This document shows positions 1 to 11,600 of a stretch of DNA of 51,578 nucleotides, in pieces (positions within the stretch are counted from its first letter, which is position 1; each line of letters opens with the position of its first letter). The translations under genes and the position numbers were made by a program. Below the pieces are notes generated by a model that did not search any database, had not been told where the DNA came from, and saw nothing but the letters and a program-made list of their open reading frames with translations. Source of the stretch: a virus (taxonomy: Duplodnaviria > Caudoviricetes); IMG/VR virus record IMGVR_UViG_3300031519_000029, positions 1-51,578 of that record. One strand, 5' to 3'.

Positions 1-2582
1 TATTTTATTTTATCTACATCACTACTGCCCTCTAACGCATGTTTTATTTTTGCTTGTTCAGCATTGTAGTTAAAGTATTTCCAGAAATCATCGGAGCCTT
101 GGTAGATATCTTCAAAGGGCTTAAGTTTTTTGCCGATCTTTTTGGCAACATTCTCTCCAACGATAGCTTCAAACCCTGACCGGGGATCGCGGCCCGATAT
201 GTCCAAGCCTTTCATAAGGCTGTCTTGTATCTCTCTCAACTCCGCCTGTGTACCTAAGACCCCTCTTCGGTTAGCGTCCATTAGGTCTGCGTATATAGCA
301 TCCGCAGAAGTCTCTGGAGTTTTTCCTATACCCAACATTTTGTTGCCGACAATCTTGCCCGTGGCACTTGTTGGGTTGGCTGAATAAACGTTAGAAAACA
401 CAAGCCTTGCCGAGTCTTTTAAAGATCCACCGCGACCAACCATAGGCATGTTACCATTGGCTAGCGCAAAGCTAACTGCAGTGGTAAAGTTTCTAACTTG
501 CGTAATAGGTGAGAGCACTGTTTTCCCGTACTGAGAAATAGCTTTTCCTTTTAAAAAAGTTCCAAAGATTCCTTTGGTCACGATTGTACCCCAGTGATCT
601 TCGGCTAGAATTTGATTAGTTAAATTTTTATATATTTCCTGAGGCACATAGTACCCGTCTAGCTGCCCCCAACCGGAGCGACCAATAACATTTGCTAGCT
701 CAGCCGATTGTTCTCCTAGCTCCCCAGCCGCTGTGGGTGTTGACAGAGCGTTAGCTCCCCCAAGTTTAACGTACCCCTGTTCCGTAAGAGATTGTTTTTG
801 AGCATCTGACAGACTCTCTCCGTTTTTAAATAGTTTACCAATCCCTTGGTTTCTTGCAGCCATGTTAGTGATAGTTGCAAAGTAGTCATCCACCGCGGAA
901 AATTGTGACAGGTCTGCTACGGTAGATAAATAAGACTGACGAGGATCATCGACTTCACCCAGCAAACGTCTGAATGTTTTTGGTACATTCTTCCTATCCA
1001 CAAACATCCCTGTATCTAGACGGTCCTTCGCGACTCGCCCACCTTTTAGAGTTTGACGAGCCTTAACGCTGTGACCTTCCAAGTAGTTATTTACAGCTTT
1101 GTTTGCCGCGGCTCTGGTCACGTTCCCCTCGACAAATATCTTTAGGTCGTTACCCGCACCCTCACTTCGCAGACCATTTCTAGTTAGAAACTCTTGCGTA
1201 AAAACATTATCCACATCTTTTCGTGCGGCTTGTGTTAGCTGGCGCTCGACATTTGTCTTGCGTGTCCGCATGAAGAAATCTTCAGCGGCTCTTATGTTTT
1301 CATCTGTAGGTTTATACTTTGCGTCTTCGTGGATCTTGTATCTACGGCGCATATAATTGTCTAAGTTCTGCTCAATTATATCGTTAACGTTGTTCCCGTT
1401 TAAGGTGTATTTGTTCTCTTTCAAGAAGTCAGATTTTAAAATGTCCTTGCTCAACTTTGTCATATGAGTACGCATTCTTCGCGCATTCTGACGAACTCCG
1501 GCAGGCAGTTCACCTAGAAGTCTAGTCTTAGCCGCAGGGTCGGCTTCAGTTAAATAGTCTTGGATCTTTGTCATAATCGTAACATCATCCAAGGCAGAGC
1601 CTTCAGGTTGATTCTTCAGGACAGTTTCTATTTCCCCGTCCAATTGTTTTAGTATCTTGTCTGCCTTGGTTATTTCGGCATTTACTTTACCGTCCATTAA
1701 CAAACGTTTTTCAGCCGCTTCTCCAGGCATGTATCCACGGTATCTAAAGAATGCGATTGCATCTGCCATGGCTGCACGGCCTTTGCTCAATTCTTCAGGG
1801 CTTCCTGATTTAGCCGTCATCCGGTTATACAAAAGAGTATCTATATCTTGACCGGCTTTTTCTAGCTTTTTGCTTGCGGCTTTGGCGGTCATCTGACCGA
1901 CCTTAGACTTACCTATCGTCGTACCCGCGGCCGTGAATGCTCCTTGTAAAGCCCCACCTAAAACAACAGATTCCCCTCCAATCTTCAGCTTGTTTCCAAA
2001 CCTAGCAAGAGCTTTCTCTCTACCCTTTAAACCAATGAGATCTGTTGTCTGTGTTATTCCGCCCCCAGCCCAATCGCCTAGACTAGTCATATTGTCCGTG
2101 GATACCGCTGCATCCGTTAGTCCCGCTGCGGCAAGTTCCTTGGCCGCAAGACCAAATCTTTCGGCCTTAGTCAGAGGAGTGTTTGCTAAACCACGAGCAG
2201 CCCTTGCAGCCATAGCCGCCTTGCCCACCTTCGATGCCACTCCAATTCCAGGGACCACGAACTGTGTTACAAGCTCCGCTCCTTTGCCAATAAAACCTTC
2301 TGGGTCTATGCCAAGAGTATCCCGTATAGACTCAGCCGTTTCTGTTACGGTATCCCCGTAGTTTGTATCTGCAACAAGATCCACGCCCATTGCACCAAGG
2401 CCAAAGAGTCCTTCGACAATGCCTATACCACCAGAGACAACACCTTCCCCCAACTCTCCCAAAGCCGTTCCATCCCAGAACATACCTTCCGAGTCCTCGT
2501 CTTGCCGTTGTGGACTCGTCTCATCACCAAAGATAGTTTTTTTCGGACTCGTAGACTCATCGCCAAAGATAGTCGTTGCCAT
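1..2582 (-). CDS. Large internal virion/DNA ejection-type protein, truncated at window edge (absent from ORF track)
   Basis: Hand translation from ATG at 2582 (MATTIFGDESTSPKKTIFGDE...) stays open to position 1 for about 860 codons. It contains KTVLSPITQVRNF and YQGSDDFWK and is the last gene of the virion module. Confidence 0.7.
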   Translation of the reverse strand, partial: MATTIFGDESTSPKKTIFGDETSPQRQDEDSEGMFWDGTALGELGEGVVSGGIGIVEGLFGLGAMGVDLVADTNYGDTVTETAESIRDTLGIDPEGFIGKGAELVTQFVVPGIGVASKVGKAAMAARAARGLANTPLTKAERFGLAAKELAAAGLTDAAVSTDNMTSLGDWAGGGITQTTDLIGLKGREKALARFGNKLKIGGESVVLGGALQGAFTAAGTTIGKSKVGQMTAKAASKKLEKAGQDIDTLLYNRMTAKSGSPEELSKGRAAMADAIAFFRYRGYMPGEAAEKRLLMDGKVNAEITKADKILKQLDGEIETVLKNQPEGSALDDVTIMTKIQDYLTEADPAAKTRLLGELPAGVRQNARRMRTHMTKLSKDILKSDFLKENKYTLNGNNVNDIIEQNLDNYMRRRYKIHEDAKYKPTDENIRAAEDFFMRTRKTNVERQLTQAARKDVDNVFTQEFLTRNGLRSEGAGNDLKIFVEGNVTRAAANKAVNNYLEGHSVKARQTLKGGRVAKDRLDTGMFVDRKNVPKTFRRLLGEVDDPRQSYLSTVADLSQFSAVDDYFATITNMAARNQGIGKLFKNGESLSDAQKQSLTEQGYVKLGGANALSTPTAAGELGEQSAELANVIGRSGWGQLDGYYVPQEIYKNLTNQILAEDHWGTIVTKGIFGTFLKGKAISQYGKTVLSPITQVRNFTTAVSFALANGNMPMVGRGGSLKDSARLVFSNVYSANPTSATGKIVGNKMLGIGKTPETSADAIYADLMDANRRGVLGTQAELREIQDSLMKGLDISGRDPRSGFEAIVGENVAKKIGKKLKPFEDIYQGSDDFWKYFNYNAEQAKIKHALEGSSDVDKIK

Positions 2583-2596
2583 AAATTCACCTACCT

Positions 2597-3682
2597 TTAT
2601 TCAGGCTTCGTTCCAGGAACACCGTTGGGATCTACATAATCAGTGTTAGGGGGAAGAGCATCGTACTCTTCTTGTGTATTTATTACAGGGACTCCGGCAG
2701 GGGCCGAAGGTCCACCGCCACCGCCACCGCCACCGGCAATTGCTGAAGGTGCTCTAGGCGCTGCTTTTACCGCGGCTTGTCTAGCGAGTTCATTGGCCGC
2801 TGCAGGATTTTCCGGATCAGCTTCCATAGCAGAAGTAAAAGTTTGCCTGTATACGTCATTATACAAAAACTCTTGTCTAGCTTTTTCACCGTCTGCGCCA
2901 CCGCCAGCACGAGCCGCTGCCGTTTGTTTGTAGTTTGTAAGACCAAGTAAAACAGCCTGTGCAAATTCATCTGGACTTTTACCAAACGAAGAAGCCACCG
3001 CTACCCGTGCTATCCTATCGTTTATTTCATCGATGTTGTCTACATTTGACAATCCAAAAACGTTCTGAGCAAAGTCCTGTTTATTGGCTGCATTAGGGGT
3101 AACCTCCGCGGCCACCATAACCGCATCCGCAATTTGTGCAGGGTTTTCTGATTTCGTTGCGTCAGCAATTAACTTTACTTTTTCCTTTGCTACACCTTCC
3201 GCGTCTTCCCCTGTTCCAAATTTGTCCATGACAGCTTGGAAAAAGCCTTGTCCACTTTTCAGAATAGCATCCATAAAGGTTACTTTTTCTGCATTAGGGT
3301 CAGGTGCTTCTTGTATATCTACCGGACCTCCAGGCTCAAAACCCATAGGGCTTCTCGGAGACGTGGGTTGTTGTACTGTGGGTACAGCAGGGGCAGGGGG
3401 GCGAGGCGCCTGAGGCGGGGGCATAGGCACAGGTTGCGGTGCAAATTGCTGCATTGTAGGCATTGCCTGAGGAGACATGGGCATAGGCTGTGGCGCCATC
3501 ATTGGTCGAGTAGGCCCGATGTTTTGTATGGCATTTGTACTCGTTCCACCGGAACCATTGGATCCAACCGCCTCCATCAATTCTGGAGACGAGGCTAATA
3601 TACCGCCCATCTTGTGTAACTTGTCTTTCGCCGGCCGTCTATTGGCGGCATCGATCAGGGCTGCATTATATATTCCTGACAT
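2597..3682 (-). CDS. Putative internal virion (ejection) protein with Pro/Gln-rich linker
   Basis: Long ORF; likely start MSGIYNAAL at 3682, just after the upstream stop; sits among ejection-type genes. Confidence 0.55.
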   Translation of the reverse strand: MSGIYNAALIDAANRRPAKDKLHKMGGILASSPELMEAVGSNGSGGTSTNAIQNIGPTRPMMAPQPMPMSPQAMPTMQQFAPQPVPMPPPQAPRPPAPAVPTVQQPTSPRSPMGFEPGGPVDIQEAPDPNAEKVTFMDAILKSGQGFFQAVMDKFGTGEDAEGVAKEKVKLIADATKSENPAQIADAVMVAAEVTPNAANKQDFAQNVFGLSNVDNIDEINDRIARVAVASSFGKSPDEFAQAVLLGLTNYKQTAAARAGGGADGEKARQEFLYNDVYRQTFTSAMEADPENPAAANELARQAAVKAAPRAPSAIAGGGGGGGGPSAPAGVPVINTQEEYDALPPNTDYVDPNGVPGTKPE

Positions 3683-3683
3683 G

Positions 3684-4811
3684 TCACGCTCCACTTGGGT
3701 TTAAAATGTTTCCAAATATGCTGTCCCCGCCACCCGCGGAATAAATATTAGCATTGTTTGTTGCATTGGTAAACGGACTAGCCTGTGGTGTACCAACTGA
3801 AGTAAGACCCGTACCGGATGTCGGCACCCCAGACAGGATGTCTCGCATAAATGAGAACCTTCCAAAAGGTTCGTAAGCTTGTTCCAATTGACCGGACCTC
3901 TGAACATCATACTCAGCCTGAAGTTGCCCCTGTTCCAGGCTACCGACATTAAACAATGCGTTAACATCTTTCGCGCCCAGTGCTTGAGTTGCTTCACCCA
4001 ATGCTCCAATCCCTGTACCCAATCCTTGAAACAATTGTCCGGCCCCTTGGCCTCGTTTCATCTGGTTTTCAAAGGCAGACTGAGCCTGTTGTTGCGCTCC
4101 GGTGTACGCTGCGGATCTCAATTGAGCACCAGACTGAGCCTGTTGGTTTAAAACATTACGCTGATTCTCTTGCTGTGCTACGCCTGATCTACTTCCACCA
4201 AAGGCACCAGACGCCACTCCTTGAGCATCTATTGTGTTGGAATTTATTTGTCCAAGCCGACCTATCTCCCGCTGTTCAGCGTCTATTACTTCCTCAACAA
4301 AGGGGTCGTAGAATTGTTGGTAAGACAGGGGATCATACGCTTCGGTAGATCCTCTAGTTAAGTCCAGACCCTCACGGTAGGTTTCCCCGGCTTCGGCTAG
4401 GTACGGTTTGTACTGTCCAGGTAAAGCTTGCGCCATTTCCAACGATTCGACCTGAGGGTCCGTAAATCCCATCACATCTGGAGGAGCCACACCACCTTCA
4501 ACCGCAAAGATAGGGTTTCCGTATTGATCTGTTGCAGCTTCTTCAGCAACCGTAGTAAAGTTTCCGTCTGGACCCTCGTAATATTGAACAGGGTTTCCGT
4601 CTGCACCAAGCACCGCTTCCGTCTTTTCGTAAGTAGTGCCGCCGTCTTCAGTCGCGTAAACAGGCTTACCGAATAAAGGACTCTCGGTGGCAAAACCAGA
4701 GATTTCACCCGTTGTTTCGTCTACGTCAAATATATTCTTTAAGAGGTTCTTTAAAAATTTTTCCATGTAATCCGGCTGGAGATTCATGGTTTTTATAGTT
4801 TGTTCGGCCAT
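3684..4811 (-). CDS. Putative DNA transfer/pilot (ejection) protein
   Basis: 375 aa, Gln/Ala/Gly-rich helical C-terminal half with GAFGGSRSGV motif typical of podovirus pilot-type proteins. Confidence 0.55.
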   Translation of the reverse strand: MAEQTIKTMNLQPDYMEKFLKNLLKNIFDVDETTGEISGFATESPLFGKPVYATEDGGTTYEKTEAVLGADGNPVQYYEGPDGNFTTVAEEAATDQYGNPIFAVEGGVAPPDVMGFTDPQVESLEMAQALPGQYKPYLAEAGETYREGLDLTRGSTEAYDPLSYQQFYDPFVEEVIDAEQREIGRLGQINSNTIDAQGVASGAFGGSRSGVAQQENQRNVLNQQAQSGAQLRSAAYTGAQQQAQSAFENQMKRGQGAGQLFQGLGTGIGALGEATQALGAKDVNALFNVGSLEQGQLQAEYDVQRSGQLEQAYEPFGRFSFMRDILSGVPTSGTGLTSVGTPQASPFTNATNNANIYSAGGGDSIFGNILNPSGA

Positions 4812-4812
4812 A

Positions 4813-5661
4813 TTATGCCCTCCTCTCGAATGAGTTCATCATCTTATACATGTTAGCCGCCCCTTGGTCTGGGTTGCCTCCCCCTGCTCCGCGAACCGCG
4901 GCCTCTGTCATGACAAACTCACCATCAGACAACGCGGCCCGTTGAACAGGGCCACCGTTCTGATAGATTGTTGCAGGTATAGAGTCACTTGTTCCAGTTC
5001 CCGGACCCTCAATATAACCGCCGGATGCTAGTTGAGCAATTTGCGGTCTAGCTCTGTTGACCGGAGCGCCCATCTGTTGCCGAGGGGTTTCGGGTAGTAA
5101 CGTGCCTGTGTAATCAGGTCGGCGTTCCCCCGTTTCGTATTGTCGTAGTTCGTTTTCACTCATTAAATTTTCAAACCTAGGCCTGCGTTGCTGATACGCT
5201 AACTCACTCATAACTCCATACATCTCAGGAGACATACCACTCTTCATGTTTAGGCCTTGTAAGTCTCCTGATCCTGCCGCACCTAGCAAAGCCTGCAAAG
5301 GATTGGAGCTAGATCCACTCTTCATCTGTCCAGAAAGTAATTTTTCCATGAGTTGTTTCTGAGCATCGTTTCCTGGGGCGCCACTTAAGGCACTCATGAC
5401 GCTAGCGGAATCACCACCCGTCCCACCTAACAATGAAGCTAACCCACCACCGGCGTTTCCACCAGCGTAAGATCCTAATCCTGTTTTGAATGCGTCCTCA
5501 ATTGATCCGCCTTCTAGTAGACTGCCAAGTCCCCCGCCTATGGCCGCGCCTGCGGGACCGCCCATAACCATGCCGGCCAAGGATCCCAAAGAAGAAATAA
5601 GACCTTCTCCTCCGAAAGCATCACCGACTTTATCCAATGTGTTACTTACAATATTGCCCAT
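4813..5661 (-). CDS. Virion protein with Gly-rich hydrophobic N-terminus and GPGTGTSDSIPA...LSDGEFV motif
   Basis: The motif is known from tape-measure C-termini and ejection proteins; the N-terminus has GxxxG glycine zippers. Confidence 0.6.
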   Translation of the reverse strand: MGNIVSNTLDKVGDAFGGEGLISSLGSLAGMVMGGPAGAAIGGGLGSLLEGGSIEDAFKTGLGSYAGGNAGGGLASLLGGTGGDSASVMSALSGAPGNDAQKQLMEKLLSGQMKSGSSSNPLQALLGAAGSGDLQGLNMKSGMSPEMYGVMSELAYQQRRPRFENLMSENELRQYETGERRPDYTGTLLPETPRQQMGAPVNRARPQIAQLASGGYIEGPGTGTSDSIPATIYQNGGPVQRAALSDGEFVMTEAAVRGAGGGNPDQGAANMYKMMNSFERRA

Positions 5662-5710
5662 TGAGAGCCTCCAAGTCCTTTAAATAAACTGTAACAGAAC
5701 ACACTCATAT

Positions 5711-5965
5711 TTACACCACAATTTTTAAGTCACCTGTTGCTGTTTTATATACGCTATCAACGGCTAGTCCGCCAGCTATTGCGGAAGCGTTATCTGCAAA
5801 GATAGGTAACTCTAACACTTGTAAAGTAGCAACGACCAAATCGCCTGGATTATTCTGTTGCTGCAAGTATATAGAAAAACTTCGAACCACTGAGTCTAGG
5901 TAGGATCGGTCATACGTGATTGGAGCTTTAGCAAAGTATGGAAGAGGCATCTTAAGAGCAGGCAT
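5711..5965 (-). CDS. Small hypothetical virion-module protein
   Basis: Start MPALKMPLP overlaps the upstream stop (TAATG coupling). Confidence 0.6.
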   Translation of the reverse strand: MPALKMPLPYFAKAPITYDRSYLDSVVRSFSIYLQQQNNPGDLVVATLQVLELPIFADNASAIAGGLAVDSVYKTATGDLKIVV

Positions 5966-8187
5966 TATCTTCTCCCGTCTGGTCTGATGTCTACTCTTGG
6001 TGTACCTAGTCTCCACCCCACGCCCGTAGCGTCTGACTCAATACGAAAAGCAAAACTACGCCCCCTTATCCGCAAACGAACCTCGTTTGTAAACTGTTCA
6101 ATTGGGGTAGTAGCCGTGCGTGTGACCGGAGATGTGGTGGTCTGAGACGCAGGAAAGCTTTCGCCAGGGTAGTTACGAGCCTGTATAATCATGTTCACTG
6201 CAGGGTCAGGATTGGCTGCAGTAGAGTTTACAAAAGTAATGTCAGGAATTATTCGACTGATAAACCCAAAATTATCTCCCTCCCCCAGATCCACGGGCGA
6301 GGATTCTATGTAAGATGATACGGCTGTGTTATTCTCCCCGTCATCAAAACCTCTTTCGTGGTCATACAAGTAATTATTTACAGAGGCTACGGGGAAATCG
6401 AATAGACCCCTGTCCATCCATGCTGTTCTAGACAAAGAACCAATAGCCCAAGATTGCTCTGCATAATTGTACACCACGTATTTATTAATGTCTTGAGAGT
6501 TTGATGGGTAGAACCACCACACTTCAGAAAACGATGAGTTCAATCCTGCTACAACTTTCTCCTGTTGATCCGATTGAAGGGCATCAAATACAAAATCTCG
6601 TACCGTGCAAGGAATCTTTTGAACCGACCCTTGGTACAGGTAAAACTCTTCTTTACCCATCCAAATTACAATATCGTCTACAGCAACGGCAGCATTTGGA
6701 GAGATTATGGAAATCTTTTCTGAGATAGCGTTCACACCAAAGGTGTACGGTGGCCCAAGAAACTGCATCGCGTACAGTGTGGTGTCCGTAAAGACAATAA
6801 TTTGTTGCTTTGTTTCTACCGCCTGTATTATTTCAGAGCCAAGACCCAGTCTCAATTCTCCTGCGGTATTCGTTGCCCTTGTCTCCCAATCAGTAATAGA
6901 TTCGGAGTCAGAGAACCGAATTACCATAGGGTCTTGGACCCCCGGCGTGGATTCAGGATCACACCCAAACGCTAGTACGTGTCGATCTCGGTCCGAAACT
7001 AAAACTTGTTTGGCTATTTGTGGTGCTTTGTTGGAACCAGCAAAAGAAGTGATGTCTACCGCTCTTCTGGATACACCTCCGGTTGCGTCCCAGTAATAAA
7101 TAGATCCATCTCTATAGTTTAAAATAAGATCTTCACCAAAGTTATTGTGGTGCCAAAGTCTCAGTACATCCGTAGCTTCTGTCTTTCCCCAAGACTGCGT
7201 ACCCCAACCACTTGCCCCCCAACCATTGTATTGCTGGCTAGTGTTAAGACCGATGTTAACTTGAAATGAAACGGTTCCCTCGGTGCCTCCGCCGGAACCC
7301 GTGGCCGCAGCAAGAACAGGAACAGGGAACAAAGCACCGTCCACCGTAATAGATGATATGGTGGACAGAACACGAGCGTTAAATGAAAGAATAAAAGAAC
7401 TCTTAATTTCTGTAACTTCATACTCTTGGTTTATAAGTTCACTGGTTATGTTTGCATCAAATCCAAGTACCCCTGAGAAAGTTACGAAATCTCCAAGCCT
7501 AGCTCCATGGGCGCGGACAAACGTCACGTCTACTTCGGAGGATCCAGCAGTGGTAGATAGTGTAAACTCATCCACATCATCAAAAAGGTTTAGATGAGGT
7601 CCGTGGATTGAAGTGTCGGCAGATACTCCGGACACAGAAAAAGATGTTATATAATCCCCGTAATCATAAATATCTCCAATTGATCCAGTTACCCCAGGCA
7701 TAACAATGTTTCTAACACTAGTCAGATCTAATTCTCCGACTTGCGGAGCACCGATTGAACCAGAGGCTTGGACACCTGTGTTTCCGGGCAAAGTCGTGGA
7801 TTGTGCAACAACATTTCCGACAGCAGATATCAACCCATTGGTGGCTGCAGCCCCAGAGTTATAGTCTACTATAACCGATTGAATAGCATCAGGCCCACTT
7901 ACTCTGCGAATTGGAGTTATATCAAAGAGCTGTCCGCTTCGGTCAACATAGTACTTGCGATTGGTTCCTATCCCAATGTACCTTTCCCTTGATAACGTGA
8001 CCCAAGACATTAGTGCGCGGCACGTACCTAGAAAAGATTGAACCCCGCGTTTTTGCCACCCACCTATTTTCTCTGGGAATCCAAACCTAAATCGAACCTT
8101 ATCCATATCACACCATCCTCCTTCATTGGAAAATCGTGTGATGTCCTTGTTAACACCAGCGTTGAATTTTAAAGGTATAAGAGTCAC
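5965..8187 (-). CDS. Tail nozzle/stabilisation protein (tail tubular B / P22 gp10-like)
   Basis: 740 aa; GGWCDMDKVRFRFGFPEKIGGW N-terminus, beta-propeller-like body, WRLGTPRVDIRPDGRR C-terminus; position in module. Confidence 0.65.
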   Translation of the reverse strand: MTLIPLKFNAGVNKDITRFSNEGGWCDMDKVRFRFGFPEKIGGWQKRGVQSFLGTCRALMSWVTLSRERYIGIGTNRKYYVDRSGQLFDITPIRRVSGPDAIQSVIVDYNSGAAATNGLISAVGNVVAQSTTLPGNTGVQASGSIGAPQVGELDLTSVRNIVMPGVTGSIGDIYDYGDYITSFSVSGVSADTSIHGPHLNLFDDVDEFTLSTTAGSSEVDVTFVRAHGARLGDFVTFSGVLGFDANITSELINQEYEVTEIKSSFILSFNARVLSTISSITVDGALFPVPVLAAATGSGGGTEGTVSFQVNIGLNTSQQYNGWGASGWGTQSWGKTEATDVLRLWHHNNFGEDLILNYRDGSIYYWDATGGVSRRAVDITSFAGSNKAPQIAKQVLVSDRDRHVLAFGCDPESTPGVQDPMVIRFSDSESITDWETRATNTAGELRLGLGSEIIQAVETKQQIIVFTDTTLYAMQFLGPPYTFGVNAISEKISIISPNAAVAVDDIVIWMGKEEFYLYQGSVQKIPCTVRDFVFDALQSDQQEKVVAGLNSSFSEVWWFYPSNSQDINKYVVYNYAEQSWAIGSLSRTAWMDRGLFDFPVASVNNYLYDHERGFDDGENNTAVSSYIESSPVDLGEGDNFGFISRIIPDITFVNSTAANPDPAVNMIIQARNYPGESFPASQTTTSPVTRTATTPIEQFTNEVRLRIRGRSFAFRIESDATGVGWRLGTPRVDIRPDGRR

Positions 8188-8190
8188 GGG

Positions 8191-8676
8191 CTACTCCTCG
8201 ATTTCAGGCCATTCAATAGTAAAAGGAAACCCGGCTTGTAGTGGGATATCCCGCAACCTTTTCCGATATGTTTTATACTTATCTTTTATACTCTTAGGTA
8301 CATCGCTTATTTGTGTCCAATCACTTCTAGCCAGTAATCCATTTCTTTGCGACTTAACTGATTCAATTTGGGCTTGAAGTCTTTCCTCAATTTGCCTTTT
8401 TTTAACAAACTCAGGGATGTCTTTGACTTCCCACTCCCGAACCCAGACACCATTGTTGTACGAAGGACGAGAGAACTGTACGCATGTCTGATTCTCCGGA
8501 TCAAACACTGGCACAGGATCGCTCCTGACAATTTCCAAACCATACGACTTCATCAGTTCCTCGTCAGAATTAAACCGATTCTGAGGCATCGACACATTTT
8601 TATGGTCATTGCGAAAATCGTCAAAAGTGTATGGGTATTTTTGTATCTGATGATTTTCAGTTGCTTTTATGTACAC
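8191..8676 (-). CDS. Tail fibre assembly chaperone
   Basis: RNGLLARSDWTQISD...YRKRLRDIPLQAGFP...WP signature; lies downstream of fibre genes. Confidence 0.8.
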   Translation of the reverse strand: MYIKATENHQIQKYPYTFDDFRNDHKNVSMPQNRFNSDEELMKSYGLEIVRSDPVPVFDPENQTCVQFSRPSYNNGVWVREWEVKDIPEFVKKRQIEERLQAQIESVKSQRNGLLARSDWTQISDVPKSIKDKYKTYRKRLRDIPLQAGFPFTIEWPEIEE

Positions 8677-8678
8677 GT

Positions 8679-11600
8679 CTATTCACCTCCGCTGAAATTA
8701 TAACCTACATCTGCCTTAAAAAGAGTAATAGCGCCACCCATCACACCTCCATCTGGAAATAAAGCAAGCGTAGTGCTGCCCGATCCAGAGTTCTTTACAA
8801 CCCCAACGGTAGTGTTTGAGTGAGACAAGAAATATTTTGTTCCTGTAGGGTCTACTTCAATCGCCCCGTACCCTCCCGGATTTCCATAGGTTGCCGTGCC
8901 TAAATAATTAACCGCTGTTGGTATTTCCCAAGGGGTAGGGCATTGATATGTTATCAGAGCACCTAAAGCATCTTGCTGCAAAATTAGGTAATGACCTCCA
9001 GGGGTAAAGTGGAAAGACGTCACCAACCCTTGACCAACCCCTTGGTTGTTACTGCCCGAAGTTTGACTCCACAAAGGTTGTTCTGTCATCGTAAAACTAC
9101 TAATATCTCCAGCAGTATCCGTATGATATTTTCTTATAGAGGGTTGGTACAATGGATCTGTGTGGCTTAAAGTGGTGATGCTGGAGATTTTTTTCCCTAT
9201 TGTATTTAACATGAAGAAATCTTTTTCATCATCCGAAACTTGAAGACCGTTAATTCCATACGGACTATTAGCGTAAGAATTAATCCAGTCAAACCCAGAC
9301 CCACCAGAAAGGGCATCAACGGTCTTCGCAGAGTGTGCAAAAACACTTGTAAGACTATACTCGCTTACTAACTTAAGTTTAGCAAACCGTATGAAAACAT
9401 TCGCCTGACCATTTCCATCGGCCGCTCTTGTGTACCAAGACTCAAAGTATATTGATCTTCCATCTCTAGAAATATCTATCCCCATACTCTTAGATGGAAG
9501 TAGCTCTGTAATCAACTTATCTGATGTGTAGTCGAAGACGCTGCCAAAAATATCTTGACCATCTTTAGAAAGAGTTTGATCTCTTCGAAGGTCCGAAAGA
9601 TCCCAAGGCGTGTCCGTTTTATATCTGTAAATATACTCTTTATCATGAGAATAAGCGTACAACCCGTTTGAGGCCCACTTTATTGCGCTGTGTGTCGAAA
9701 TTTGATGAAGACCGTCCTTATCGTAAAACCCGCTGCTGTCAGCACTATTAAGTCCAAATGAAGAGTAAGTCGTATTTCCGAGGATTGTTCGTACCCCCGT
9801 ATAATACGTACTTAAACTACTACTTTGAATGGACGTCATGACGTTTCTTTTACGCGCAGTAGAGCCTGCGGAAAAGGTATATGGCGTATTAACACTGTAC
9901 ACATAATTCCTGTCATGAGACAGAAAGCACACCGTAGGTTCACTTAACCAAGGATAATTAAGCGTGGATCGCGAGTTAAGAACGTCATAATATTCTAACG
10001 ATGCAACAGACCTTTGACTAAAACTGGTGGTAAACGTTGCTGTTCTTATGTCATACGGGGTAGCCAACGCGTATTCTAGATGTGATGTCCCAGGTAGTGT
10101 TGTTCCATTGGCTTGTGTGCCGACGATCAACGTTGTACCATCTTTATTAAAATAAAACGTTTTAATTTTACCAAACTGGGACATACTAGCGCCATTATGA
10201 AACAAAAGGTCAACGTTGTCTCCAGGTAATGCTTTGCTTGTTGAACCATTGTTTGTAACCAGAGAAGTCACATCCCAACCCGATGTCATTTCAGTTGTGC
10301 CTAAAACACCAAAGACAGCCGTGCCTGTAGAAGTTAAATTATTGTTCGAAACAAGAGTACCATCAGGGGAAATCCTAATAACAGTGCAATTCCCTCCCCC
10401 CTGCGGCCCTCCCCCATTAAATAACTCTACTGGAGATGTGGCAGTAAACGCAGGAGACGCGTTATTTAACGGGAACACCGAAGGAACAAATTTAAACTCC
10501 CACGGCTTGGAATTAAATTGCGAATCTTTGGGCGTAAATTGTTTTAAATATATTTCGTTAGGGCTGCTAGGTTTCCTAGCCCCCACAATAAAAGTTGTGC
10601 CGTCAGGCTTTACGTTTAAACTGCGTATTTCGGAAAGTTCAAAACCGGCTTGTGATCGGTCCCCCGGAGAACACAAGGCTTGGATAGGAAGAGTGTCCTC
10701 CCAGTTAATTGTCCCTCCCATTAATGGGTTTTTCTTTAAAGAGTCCAAGACATCATACTTGAATATCATGCCCCCTAAATAGGGGTTTGGACAGTAAACG
10801 TAGAATTTTTTCTCGTTTTCAGGGGCTATAGTAATGTCAACAATATCTTCGTAGGTTGAAGAATTTAGTGTATAGCTAGATTTGTCTTCTAAGTTCCAGC
10901 TTATGTCCGCGTACTGAACAGTGTTATCAGGAACAGCATACGTGGGAACATTCACAACTAAGCCATCTTGAGCTGTCTCCGTTACAGAGTACCTCGTGAT
11001 ATAGTTTCCTGTGTGTTGTCTTTGAGGGTTTCCAGAAATATCTATTTTGTCCATAGGTCCGTAAAAATAGATACTTCCGTCTCCAGGAACACTTGTATTT
11101 GTTGTACGATTCTCATATGCAAAGAAAAATTTTCCTCCCGCCAAGTTACTTGTATCAAAATTACTGTTGTCATTAAAGGCAGGATACTGCGTCATGTACT
11201 GCGGGGTGATAGTGTCCACATCATAAGGAGTGCTAGCACTGAATTGATAGAGCTTACCAAAATCAGTTAAAACATACAGATGTATGCCATCATATTCTCC
11301 AGGAGTAACTACGCCGCCGCCTATATCATCTATGCCATAGCCACCACTCCACCACATGCTGTAAATTTCTGTGCCGTCTAAATCGACGTTAGGATCCCAA
11401 GTAAAGTTAACTCCTCCGGACAACCCTGAGAAAATGTTCTCTCTGTATTGTGTAGTCCCCCAGACATCAGCTCCACCCGCTGATGAAAAATTCCATGCTT
11501 GACCGCCCCCCAACTGCTGTCTTAGCATTGTTCCCGTTATATCCGTTCCGCAAAGAATTACATGCGTTCCATTTTCTTGAAAAGCCCACGAGCATATAGG

